The translations under genes and the position numbers were made by a program. From an uncultured Gemmatimonadales bacterium (GTDB lineage Bacteria; Gemmatimonadota; Gemmatimonadetes; Gemmatimonadales; GWC2-71-9), in assembly GCA_963697065.1 (NCBI GenBank), contig CAVOMQ010000001.1:1410518-1474517 (forward strand): a stretch of 64,000 nucleotides of DNA, given 5' to 3'. Under the pieces are notes generated by a model, which saw only the letters and a program-made list of their open reading frames with translations, was not told the DNA's origin and did not search any database. This document shows, in pieces, positions 19,601 to 28,304 of this stretch. Every line of letters begins with the position of its first letter. The stretch's first letter is position 1.

Positions 19601-21784
19601 AATATCTCCGAACGTGGACGAGGGCATCGGCGTGCTGTCGTCGCTGCTGCTCCAAAGGGAACCTACCGCTCGATGGTGGGCGGCGACGGGGCCTGCATGG
19701 GGTGCGGTGAGAAGACCGCGGTGCACCTGGTCGTGTCGGCGATCGACGCGGCGATGCAGCCGCGCGTGCGGCGCATGGTGGCGCAAGCTTGACGCGAGTT
19801 GATCAGGCACTCGACGGACAGGCGCGCGAACTGCTCTCGGCCGACGCCGACCTGAGGTGGCGCCACCGCCAGAACGGGCCGCTGGCGCTGCAATTGCCGC
19901 CGGCGAAGCGCGAGCGGCTGCGGGTGTTGAACGAGTCGCTCCACCAGTTGCGCGATATCGGTGGCGGTACGAAGCGGGCCCGAGCGGCAACGGTCGCGCC
20001 TCGCTCGGCATGGCCAACAGCACCGGCTGCTCGTCGGTGTGGGGCAGCACGTATCCGTACAATCCGTATCCGTTTCCCTGGGTGAACCATCTCTTCCAGG
20101 ATGCTCCTTCGATCGCCATCGGCATGTTCGAAGCGCAGATGCGCAAGATGGCCGATCAGTTCGTGGCGATCCGGCGCGCCGACCTGTTGCGCGACGGCGG
20201 CGTACGACGCCGGCGGTGCACGACGAGGAGCTCGGCAACCTCACGTGGGAGCAGTTCACCGACGATGAATTCGCGCTCTGTCCGCCGATCGTCGCGATGG
20301 GCGGCGACGGCGCGATGCTGGACATCGGATTCCAGAATCTGTCGCGGCTGCTGGCCAGCGGCAAACCGATCCGGGTGGTGGTGCTGGATACGCAGGTCTA
20401 CTCGAACACCGGGGGACAGGCGTGCACGTCGGGCTACACCGGACAGGTGGCCGACATGTCGGCGTGGGGGAAGGTGCAGCACGGCAAGACCGAAACGCGC
20501 AAGGAAGTGGCGTTGATCGCCATCGCCCACCGCGGGGTATACGTCCATCAGTCGTCGCAGGCGTCGGCGTCCCACTTGCTGGCGGGGGTGTTGAAGGGGT
20601 TGCACAAGCGGCGTCCGGTGCTGATCAACCTCTACACGCCATGTCCGGTGGAGCACGGCCTGGCGGACGACTGGTCGCAGCACGCGGCGCGCCTGGCGCT
20701 GGAAAGCCGTGCGTTTCCCTTCCTGACGTTCGATCCTGATCTCGGCGACACCTACGCCGATGCGCTGTAGCTGGAAGGGAACCCGGCGGTCGACGAGCTG
20801 TGGCCGGCGTACACGCTCCACTATCTCGACGGTACCGGCGCCGAGCAGTCGCTCGAAGTCCCGCTGACGATCGCCGATTGGGCCGCCACGGAAGCCCGCT
20901 TCAAGCACCACTTCACCGAGTTGCCGCCGGACGCCGCCGACGAGGCGCTGGTGCCGTTCCACGAATTCGTCGCGCTCGCCGCCACCGAGCGCGAGGGCCG
21001 GACCCCCTACATCAATGTCGTGCGCCAGGATCGGTCGCTGGGCCGGCTGCAGGTCTCGGTCGAGATCGTCCGGCTCGCCGAAGAACGGCTGCAATTCTGG
21101 TCGCAGCTGCGGCAACTGGCGGGACTCGAAATCGCGCCATCGGTGCGGGACGCGGTGGTGGGCGATGTCGGCGCGCAGCTGGCAGTGCGGGAGGCGGCGC
21201 TGCGCGCCGAATACGACACCAAGCTGGCGCAGCTCAAGGCGGAATACCCAGCGCAGATCGCACGGCGGCTGGCAGAGGGACTCTTGCGCCGGGCGGGAAG
21301 CTCGGCGGCGGTGGCCGACCTGCTGGCCTCGATGCCGGTGGCGGCCGGGGCGCGGTTGCCGGCACGAGCGCCGGCCAACACCGGCTCTGCCTCACCGCGC
21401 CAACCGGCGCCGAACATTGCGGCACCGGCAGTGCCGGTCGTGGCGGGCGTGGCCGAAGAGGTGGCCGATCCCTCGCTCGAACCGGTTGCGGCGATCACGA
21501 CCGCCGTCGCAGTGGCCGACGACGATGAAGCGGTGGTGCTCGAGGCCTACATCGAGTCGGCTCGCTGTACCACGTGCAACGAATGCACCAATCTCAGCAA
21601 GAAGATCTTCGCCTACAACGCCGACAAGCAGGCGTACGTGAAGGACGCGGCGGCGGGAACGTTCCAGCAGCTGGTGCTGGCCGCCGAGCGGTGCCCGGTG
21701 TCGATCATCCATCCCGGCACGCCGCTGAACCCGAAGGAAAAGGACGTGGAACGGTGGCTCAAACGTGCCACGAAGTTCAATTGA
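16675..21784 (+). pseudogene. Giant (~1700-codon) pyruvate/2-oxoacid:ferredoxin oxidoreductase fused to a C-terminal linker and ferredoxin domain; at least 17 frame switches plus one in-frame TAG
   Basis: Colinear PFOR pieces across about 15 track ORFs. They include 'LDGSAAVVAMETAGGEAAGAYPITPSTQMGE', 'FFEPEGEHAAAAVTAGMAMSGLRATNFSSGQG', 'GGWGAITMGKNLAMT' and 'KYGSEKKGQPTTFY'. The 2x[4Fe-4S] domain reads 'ERCTGCAQCWVQCPDSAIP' / 'NPEACKGCNLCVAVCPDGAL'. The TPP motif is 'GGDGAMLDIGFQNLSRLLASGKPIRVVVLDTQVYSNTGGQ'. A TAG at 20768-20770 interrupts 'DTYADAL*LEGNPAVDE' in the same frame. The C-terminus is 'CTTCNECTNL...AAERCPVSIIHPG'. The ATG at 16675 overlaps the rnfB stop. Confidence 0.85.
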
Positions 21785-21791
21785 GGCGGCG

Positions 21792-23120
21792 ATGACGTTC
21801 GCGAGCGGGTTCCGCCACGGCGTGCATCCGCCGGAAGAGAAGGAGTTGACGCATCACCTTCCGATCCGGCGGATGCCATACCCCGACGAAATCGTACTGC
21901 CGCTGCGCCAGCACGCCGGCAATCCGGCCAGGGTATGTGTGGCGGTCGGCGATCACGTCGAACGGGGTGATCCGGTCGGCACCGCCGACGGCTTCGTGTC
22001 GGTGCCGATCCATGCGTCGGCGGCGGGGACGGTGACCGGCATCGAATGGTGGCCCCATCCCGACGGGTCGATGGCCGAAGCGGTGCGCATCCGGGTGGAC
22101 CGTTACGCGACGCAGCTGCCCCGGCCGCGCATGGTGCCCCACTGGGAGGGGCTTTCGACGGAGCAGGTGGTCCGGGCGGTGCAGGATGCCGGCGTGGTGG
22201 GACTCGGTGGCGCGGCGTTCCCGACGCACGTCAAGCTGGCGCCGCCAAGCGATCACCACGTCGACACGCTGATCATCAACGGCGCCGAGTGCGAGCCGTA
22301 TCTGACGTCGGACCACCGCACGATGGCGGAGTATCCGCGACCGGGTGATGTTCGGCATCCGCATCATGATGCGCACCCTCGGCGTGACGCGGTGCGTGGT
22401 GGGCATCGAGCGGAACAAGCCGGACGCGATGGAAGCGATGCGCGCCGCGGCGCCGGCCGATCTCGACGTCACGATCCTGCCGCTCACGGTGAAGTATCCG
22501 CAGGGCGCCGAGAAGATGCTGATCAAGGCGGTCACCGGTGTCGAGGTTCCGTCCGGGAGACTGCCGGTCACCGTCGGCGTGGTGGTGCAGAATGTCGGTT
22601 CGGTGGCGGCGATCGCCGAGGTGTTCGAGACCGGCCTGCCGCTCATCGAACGGATCGTCACGGTCTCGGGCCACGGTCTGCGTCGGCCCGCGAACCTGAT
22701 CGTGCCGGTGGGTACGAGGCTGCGCGATCTGCTGGCATACTGTGACGGCGTGACGCCTGATGCCGCCGAAGTGGTGATCGGCGGCCCATGATGGGGCAGG
22801 CGCAATCCGATCTCGACGCCCCCGTGCTCAAGGGGACGACCGGCGTGGTGGTGCTCACGTCGCACGAGACGCGGCTGCCGCGCTCGTATCCCTGCATCCA
22901 TTGCGGACGCTGTCTGGAAGCGTGTCCGGTGTTCCTCAATCCGTCGCTGCTCGGCGATTTTGCGCGCGTCGGCCGGTATGACGACATGGTCGATCTGCAC
23001 CTGGCCGACTGCATGTTGTGCGGGTCGTGCGCCTACGTCTGCCCGTCCAACATCCCGCTGTCGCAGTTGTTCCAGGCGAGCAAGGTGGCGTTGCGCCGGG
23101 CGAAGGTGGCGGCGGCATGA
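21792..23120 (+). pseudogene. rnfC: RnfC (NADH-binding, 2x[4Fe-4S]) subunit, two frame switches
   Basis: ORFs 21765..22745, 22345..22791 and 22788..23120 give 'FRHGVHPPEEKELT', 'VVGLGGAAFPTHVKL', 'LIINGAECEPYLTSDHRTM', 'CIHCGRCLEACPVFL' and 'CMLCGSCAYVCPSNI'. Switches lie near ~22335 and ~22787. GAGG lies upstream of the ATG. Confidence 0.85.
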
Positions 23121-24123
23121 GTCGCGTGCTGCCGGCCGACCTGGTATCGTCACCGCGTCGCCGCACGTGCGGTCGCAGGATTCCACACCGCGGATCATGT
23201 GGACCGTCGTGGCGACCTGGTGCCGGTGGTGGCCGCGGCGGCGTGGTTCTTCGGCGTCGAGCGCCCTGCTGGTCATCGCGGCCTGCATGCTGGGCGCGGT
23301 GGCCACCGAACGGGCGTTCGGCAGCGGCGGCACACTGGCCGACGGCTCGGCGGCGATGACCGGGCTGCTGCTGGGGCTGTCGTTGCCGGCCGGGCTTCCG
23401 CTCTGGATGGCGGCGCTGGGTGGCGCGTTCGGCATCGGATTCGGCAAGGTGGTCTGGGGTGGGTTGGGGCAGAACGTGTTCAACCCGGCGTTGCTCGGCC
23501 GGGCGTTCCTGCAGGCCGCGTTTCCGGTGGCGATCACCACCTGGCCCGCCGTGGGCGGCCGCTTCTGGACGCTCCGCGGCGATCTCTTCGCGCTGCCGTT
23601 TCTCCATCCCGAGACCGACGCGATCACGTCGGCGACCCCGCTGGGGCTGCTCAAGTTCGAGGGAAAAGGAACCAGCCTGGCGCACCTGATCATCGGCAAC
23701 ACCGGTGGATCATTGGGTGAGACGGCGGCATTGCTGATCCTGGCCGGCGGGCTCTATCTCGCGTGGCGCCGCTATCTCGACTGGCGAATTCCCGCCGCGA
23801 TCCTGGTGACGGTCGCGGTGCTGAGCGGGGTCATTCACGGCGTCGATCCGCAGCGGCCGAGTGCGCTGTTCATGCTCTTCTCGGGCGGATTGATGCTGGC
23901 CGCCGTCTACATGGCCACCGATCCGGTGACCTCGCCCGTCACCAACACCGGCCGGTGGGTGTTCGGCGTCGGTGTGGGCGTGCTGGTGGTGATCATCCGT
24001 ATCTGGGGCGGGCTGCCCGAGGGCGTGATGTACGCCATCCTGTTCATGAACGCGTTGGTTCCGTTCATCAATCGCGCGACGCAGCCGCGGGTGTTCGGTA
24101 CGCGCCTGGGAGGTGCGGCGTGA
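23117..24123 (+). pseudogene. rnfD: RnfD membrane subunit; three frame switches in the first ~150 bp, intact afterwards
   Basis: The C-terminal 290 aa in ORF 22960..24123 contain 'FGKVVWGGLGQNVFNPALLGRAFL', the flavinylation-type motif 'DAITSATPLG', and 'YMATDPVTSP'. The N-terminus 'MSRVLPADLV / SSPHVRSQDSTPRIMWTVVAT / LVPVVAAAAWFFG' is spread over three frames. The last switch is near ~23265. Confidence 0.85.
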
Positions 24124-24797
24124 CGACCGTGGACCCGCACTGTCATACCGCGCCGCCAGCGGCGGCTCCGGGGAAAGCGACGCCCACCTGGCGGCTGTTG
24201 GTGACGCTGATGCTGGCCGGTGGCCTCTCGGGATGGCTGGTGGTGTCGGTGTACCGGATCACGCTGCCGGCGGTGCAGCGGTATGCCGCGCAGCAGATCA
24301 ATGGCGCGGTCCGGGAAGTCCTCGAACATCCGGCACGGTGGGACACGCTCTACCTGGTCAACAATGCGCTCACCAGGACGCCGCCGGCGGGCGTCAATCC
24401 GCGCGAACTGCCGGTGGCTTACCAGGGCTACGACGCCGCCGGACAGCCGCTCGGCGTGGCGGTGACCGCGGCCGAGCCGGGTTTCCAGGAGTTGCTGACG
24501 CTGATGATCGGATTCCGACCGGACAACGGCACGCTGCTCGGCTTCAAGGTGCTCGACGAGAAGGAGACACCCGGACTCGGCGACAAGATCGAACGCGATT
24601 CGTCGTTCCGGACGCAGTTCGCCGGCAAGTTGCCGCCGCTCGCGGGCGTGAAGGGCCATCCCGGCGGTACCGCGGGCGAGGTGCAGACGATCACCGGTGC
24701 GACGATCTCCTCGCGCGCGGTGATCCGGATCATCAATGACGCGGTGGCGAAATGGCGGCCGCTGGTACAGGCCTATCGCGCGAGGGGGACGCCGTGA
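24120..24797 (+). CDS. rnfG: RnfG FMN-binding subunit
   Basis: GTG at 24120 overlaps the rnfD stop (GTGA). TM segment 'WRLLVTLMLAGGLSGWLVVSV'. Motifs 'ETPGLGDKI' and the flavinylation motif 'ITGATISSRAV'. Confidence 0.8.
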   Translation: MTTVDPHCHTAPPAAAPGKATPTWRLLVTLMLAGGLSGWLVVSVYRITLPAVQRYAAQQINGAVREVLEHPARWDTLYLVNNALTRTPPAGVNPRELPVAYQGYDAAGQPLGVAVTAAEPGFQELLTLMIGFRPDNGTLLGFKVLDEKETPGLGDKIERDSSFRTQFAGKLPPLAGVKGHPGGTAGEVQTITGATISSRAVIRIINDAVAKWRPLVQAYRARGTP

Positions 24798-25507
24798 CGG
24801 CCATCGGGGTCGACTCCCCGCCGCTGTCGGTGCCGGTCGAGCCGCCGGTGCAGGCCGCGGTGCCAGTTCCGGGGGCGCCGCCGCCGGCCACCGTGCTGGC
24901 CGACATGTGGCGGGGGATCAGCCGCGAGAATCCGGTGCTGGTGCAATTCCTCGGGATGTGCCCCACGATGGCCGTGACCAACATGCTGGCCAACGGCGTC
25001 GCCATGGGTACGGCCACGACCTTCGTGCTCGTGGGCTCCGGGCTGTTCGTGTCGCTGTTCCGGAAGTACATCGCGCACGAAGTCCGGATCACCTCCTACA
25101 TCCTGATCATCGCGACCTTCGTGACGCTGGCGGACATGATCCTGGCGGCCACCTTCCCGTCGATCAGCAAGGCGCTGGGGCCGTTCATGCCGCTGATCGT
25201 GGCCAACTGCCTGTTGCTGGGCCGGGCCGAAGCGTTCGCGGCACGCGTCCCGGTGCGGCGCGCGGTGGCCGACGGACTGGGCATGGGCATGGGCTTCACG
25301 CTTTCACTGTCGATGCTGAGTGCACTGCGCGAACTGCTCGGCCGGGGCAGCCTGCTGGGGCATCCGGTGTTCGGCCCGCGGTTCGAGCCGTGGGTGTTCA
25401 TGGTGATGCCGCCGGGCGGCTTCTTCGCGCTGGGCGTGGCGCTGCTGGTACTGGCGTGGGTCACCGAACGGCGGCGCCACATGGCGCGGCAACGGGTGGC
25501 GGCATGA
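24794..25507 (+). CDS. rnfE: RnfE membrane subunit
   Basis: A probable GTG at 24794 overlaps the rnfG stop. Motifs: 'NPVLVQFLGMCPTMAVT', 'PLIVANCLLLGRAEAFA'. Confidence 0.85.
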   Translation: MTAIGVDSPPLSVPVEPPVQAAVPVPGAPPPATVLADMWRGISRENPVLVQFLGMCPTMAVTNMLANGVAMGTATTFVLVGSGLFVSLFRKYIAHEVRITSYILIIATFVTLADMILAATFPSISKALGPFMPLIVANCLLLGRAEAFAARVPVRRAVADGLGMGMGFTLSLSMLSALRELLGRGSLLGHPVFGPRFEPWVFMVMPPGGFFALGVALLVLAWVTERRRHMARQRVAA

Positions 25508-26082
25508 GCAATCTGGCGTGGATCTTCTTCTCGACGTTCCTGGTGAACAACTTCACGCTGGTGATGTTCCTGGGACTCTGTTCGTTCTTCGGCGTCACCG
25601 CCAAGATCGAAACCGCCTGGCGCCTGGGACTGGCCAATACTTTCGTGCTGCTGCTGACCGCGCTGTTCACCTGGTTCCTCAACACGTTCATCCTGGCGTC
25701 GGTGCCGTTCCTGCGGACCGTGGCGTTCATCGTGGTGATCGCGTCGGCGGTGCAGTTCGTCGAGATGGCGGTGAAGAAGTACTTCCCGGTGCTGTTCCGC
25801 CAACTGGGCATCTTCCTGCCGCTGATCACCACCAATTGTGCCATCCTCGGACTGGCGCTGTTCCAGACCAGCCGGCACTACACCCTGATCGAAGGCCTGG
25901 TCTTCGCCATTGGCGCGGGCCTCGGCCTGACGCTGGCATTGTCGCTCATGGCGTCGATCCGGGAACGGATCGAGGTGGCCGACGTGCCGCGGATCGCCCG
26001 GCGGATGGGACTGGTCCTGGTCATCGCGTCATCGTTGTCGATGGCCTTCATGGGCTTTGCGGGAATGGGGAGTGCGCCGTGA
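25504..26082 (+). CDS. rnfA: RnfA membrane subunit
   Basis: ATG at 25504 overlaps the rnfE stop (ATGA). Motifs: 'FSTFLVNNFTLVMFLGLCSFFGVT', 'FLPLITTNCAILGLAL'. Confidence 0.9.
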   Translation: MSNLAWIFFSTFLVNNFTLVMFLGLCSFFGVTAKIETAWRLGLANTFVLLLTALFTWFLNTFILASVPFLRTVAFIVVIASAVQFVEMAVKKYFPVLFRQLGIFLPLITTNCAILGLALFQTSRHYTLIEGLVFAIGAGLGLTLALSLMASIRERIEVADVPRIARRMGLVLVIASSLSMAFMGFAGMGSAP

Positions 26083-26222
26083 GACAGACGCTGATCGCCA
26101 TCGTGCTCGGCGCCGGACTGTTCACACTGTTCGGCCTGTTCGTCAATCGCGAGTGTACCGGGCACTGCAGCGGGTGCACCGGATCCTGCGCGCGCCGCCA
26201 GCCTGGAGCCGACGATGTCTGA
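26079..26222 (+). CDS. 47-aa single-TM protein with a C-terminal Cys cluster (NqrM-like / FeoB-associated-Cys-rich-like)
   Basis: VRQTLIAIVLGAGLFTLFGLFVNRECTGHCSGCTGSCARRQPGADDV. The GTG overlaps the rnfA stop (GTGA), and the 3' end overlaps the apbE start by 8 nt. It is the tail of track ORF 25518..26222. Confidence 0.5.
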   Translation: MRQTLIAIVLGAGLFTLFGLFVNRECTGHCSGCTGSCARRQPGADDV

Positions 26223-27210
26223 CCCGTCCGCGTTGTTCCGCCGTCCCACCAGGCGGGAGTTCCTGACTCTTGGCGCCGGTGTGTTCGTGGCGTTGTCGTG
26301 GCCGCTGAGTCTCCGCCGGCGCCTGTCGGTGGCGCGGCGGACCTACCCGCTGATGGGGACCATCGCCGAAGTGCAGGTGGCGCACGCCGATGATCGGATG
26401 GCCGAGGAAGCGATCGACGCGGCGATCGCGACGCTCCTGGGTGTGGAACGCATGATGACGCGGTTCGACACCGGGTCGGATATCGGGCGGGCCAACGGAC
26501 TTGCCGCGCGCGAAGGGGTGGTGGTCAGTGCGCCGACGGCGGTCGTGGTGGCTGCGGCGCTGCGGTGGTCGGCGGCCAGCGACGGCCGGTTCGATCCGGC
26601 GTTGGGCGCGGCCTCGGCGCTGTGGGACGTGCTGCACCGGCACCAGCCGCCACCGGAGCGGCAGGTGGACCGGCTGGCCTCGCGCGGATTCTGGCGCAAC
26701 GTCGATGTCGCGACGTTTCGCGGCAAGCCGGCGCTGCGCTTCACCGATCCCGACGTGCAGCTCGATCTGGGCGGCATCGCCAAGGGGTATGGCATCGATC
26801 GCGCCGTCGACACGTTGCGCCGGCGGGGGATTGCGCACGCGATTGTCACCGTTGGCGGCGATCTCTACGCCCTTGGCCATGCACCAGACGGCGCGCCGTG
26901 GAAGGTCGGCATTCGTTCGCCACACAACCTGAATGCGCTGGCGGCCACGCTCGAGGTCAGCGACCGCGCGGTCACGACCTCGGGCGACTACGAACGGTTC
27001 TTCCGGTGGCACGGCCATACCTATCACCACCTGATCGACCCGGCGACCGGTGCGCCGCGGGTCACGCCGTTCCACAGCGCCACGGTGCTCGGTCCCGATT
27101 GCATCAACGCCGACGCGGCGGCGACGACGTCGTTCGGTCTGCCGCATGAAGTCGCACGTCAGCTGGTCCGCCGGATCATCCACGATGCGGAGGTCATTCC
27201 TCTGGCCTGA
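26215..27210 (+). CDS. apbE: ApbE-family FAD:protein FMN transferase
   Basis: 331 aa. Tat-like 'RRPTRREFLTLGAGVF'. Motifs 'LDLGGIAKGYGIDRA', 'VTVGGDLYALG', 'TTSGDYERFF...YHHLIDPATG'. Confidence 0.9.
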   Translation: MSDPSALFRRPTRREFLTLGAGVFVALSWPLSLRRRLSVARRTYPLMGTIAEVQVAHADDRMAEEAIDAAIATLLGVERMMTRFDTGSDIGRANGLAAREGVVVSAPTAVVVAAALRWSAASDGRFDPALGAASALWDVLHRHQPPPERQVDRLASRGFWRNVDVATFRGKPALRFTDPDVQLDLGGIAKGYGIDRAVDTLRRRGIAHAIVTVGGDLYALGHAPDGAPWKVGIRSPHNLNALAATLEVSDRAVTTSGDYERFFRWHGHTYHHLIDPATGAPRVTPFHSATVLGPDCINADAAATTSFGLPHEVARQLVRRIIHDAEVIPLA

Positions 27211-27228
27211 ACGGAAAGCAGGGATACG

Positions 27229-27582
27229 ATGAAGAGCCATCAGATGTATTGCGGCGCGTGCGACCGCGAGGTGCGCGTGATGATCACGCCCGATCCGAGC
27301 GCGCAGGGTCAGGCACCGCTGCGCGATTCCGAGATCGTGTGTCTCGAAATCGGATCGCAGTGTACCGGCAACATGTGTCCGCTCGGAGCCGCCGAACCGA
27401 GTGCCATGGTGGGGCGGATCATTCGCAACGGGGTGCCGTTGAATACGCTGTCGACTGTGCTGGCAACCTGTCCGGCGTGCGGCAACGACGCGGAAATGGT
27501 GCTCTACGGTGAGGGACGGGCGGCGTGCTCGATCTGTGGAACGGCCGCCCGGTGGGTGCTCGACCACATCGAGTCGGCCTGA
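27229..27582 (+). CDS. Cys-rich hypothetical protein with zinc-ribbon-like CxxC pairs; last gene of the rnf-apbE string
   Basis: 117 aa, starting 18 nt after apbE. CxxC pairs: 'YCGACD', 'TCPACG', 'ACSICG', plus C38, C45 and C50. I recognise no family. Confidence 0.6.
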   Translation: MKSHQMYCGACDREVRVMITPDPSAQGQAPLRDSEIVCLEIGSQCTGNMCPLGAAEPSAMVGRIIRNGVPLNTLSTVLATCPACGNDAEMVLYGEGRAACSICGTAARWVLDHIESA

Positions 27583-27624
27583 TCGCGACGCGCCGAGCCG
27601 CCGTCCGGACTGGCGCTCCCGGCG

Positions 27625-28188
27625 TCAGCCAGCCGCGCGGAAGAGTTCGATCTGCGGTGGATGGAGCGGCAGTCCGCTGGTGACGAGCACGGTTTCCACC
27701 CAGCTGTCGCGTCTTTCCGGCGCCAGCTGGTGGCAGGTGACACCGAACACCTCCGCCAGGCGGTCGATGGTCGCGTCGATTTCCCGTTGAAAGGCGGCAC
27801 TCGTGTCGCGGGTGCCGTCGAACGACGGTGGCGAGATGATCGGCACCTTGAAGAGATAGTCGTAGCTCTCCACCCAATCGGCCACCAGGGCATCGTAGGC
27901 GGGATCGCGGCCGGCCTGGTGGACGAAGTAGGCGTAATTGTCCAGCACCGAGCGGTCGCAGATGACATCGCCGCCGGCGCGGGCCGTGGCGATCTCCTGC
28001 GCGATCTGCGTGTGCAGGATCCACGACTGGGCGTCCCGGGTCGTTTCGCGATTGATCGGCAACGGGCACGTGCGCGCCACCTCGGCGACCAGGTCGACGA
28101 CACGATCCTGGCGCTTGAGGCGCGCGGCAACGTCGTAGCAGAGCGTCGTCTTGCCGACTCCATGCGAACCGATGAACGCGATCTTCAT
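27625..28188 (-). CDS. P-loop NTPase (AAA_28 / NadR-kinase-like)
   Basis: 187 aa from ATG 28188; the track ORF is over-extended to 28617. Walker A 'FIGSHGVGKTTL' and Walker B-like 'VICDRSVLD'. Confidence 0.75.
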   Translation of the reverse strand: MKIAFIGSHGVGKTTLCYDVAARLKRQDRVVDLVAEVARTCPLPINRETTRDAQSWILHTQIAQEIATARAGGDVICDRSVLDNYAYFVHQAGRDPAYDALVADWVESYDYLFKVPIISPPSFDGTRDTSAAFQREIDATIDRLAEVFGVTCHQLAPERRDSWVETVLVTSGLPLHPPQIELFRAAG

Positions 28189-28304
28189 TGCGGCGGCACC
28201 ACCGAGCGAGATGTGTGTCCGGGGAGGTCCGCTAATGTACCGCGAAAATGGAATGTCCGCACCCGCGTGGAGAAGGGCCGCGCGACACGGTATGTTCCGC
28301 CGGC

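Noticed and set aside
20768-20770. The in-frame TAG in the PFOR fusion as programmed readthrough or pyrrolysine.
   Set aside because: There is no pyl gene context and no obvious downstream readthrough structure. The surrounding 11 kb is full of other lesions, so a simple substitution (error or mutation) is far more likely.
11943-23270. The frame switches as programmed ribosomal frameshifts.
   Set aside because: There are far too many (tens), in both +1 and -1 directions. The junctions I inspected have no common slippery heptamer; they look like single-base insertions or deletions.
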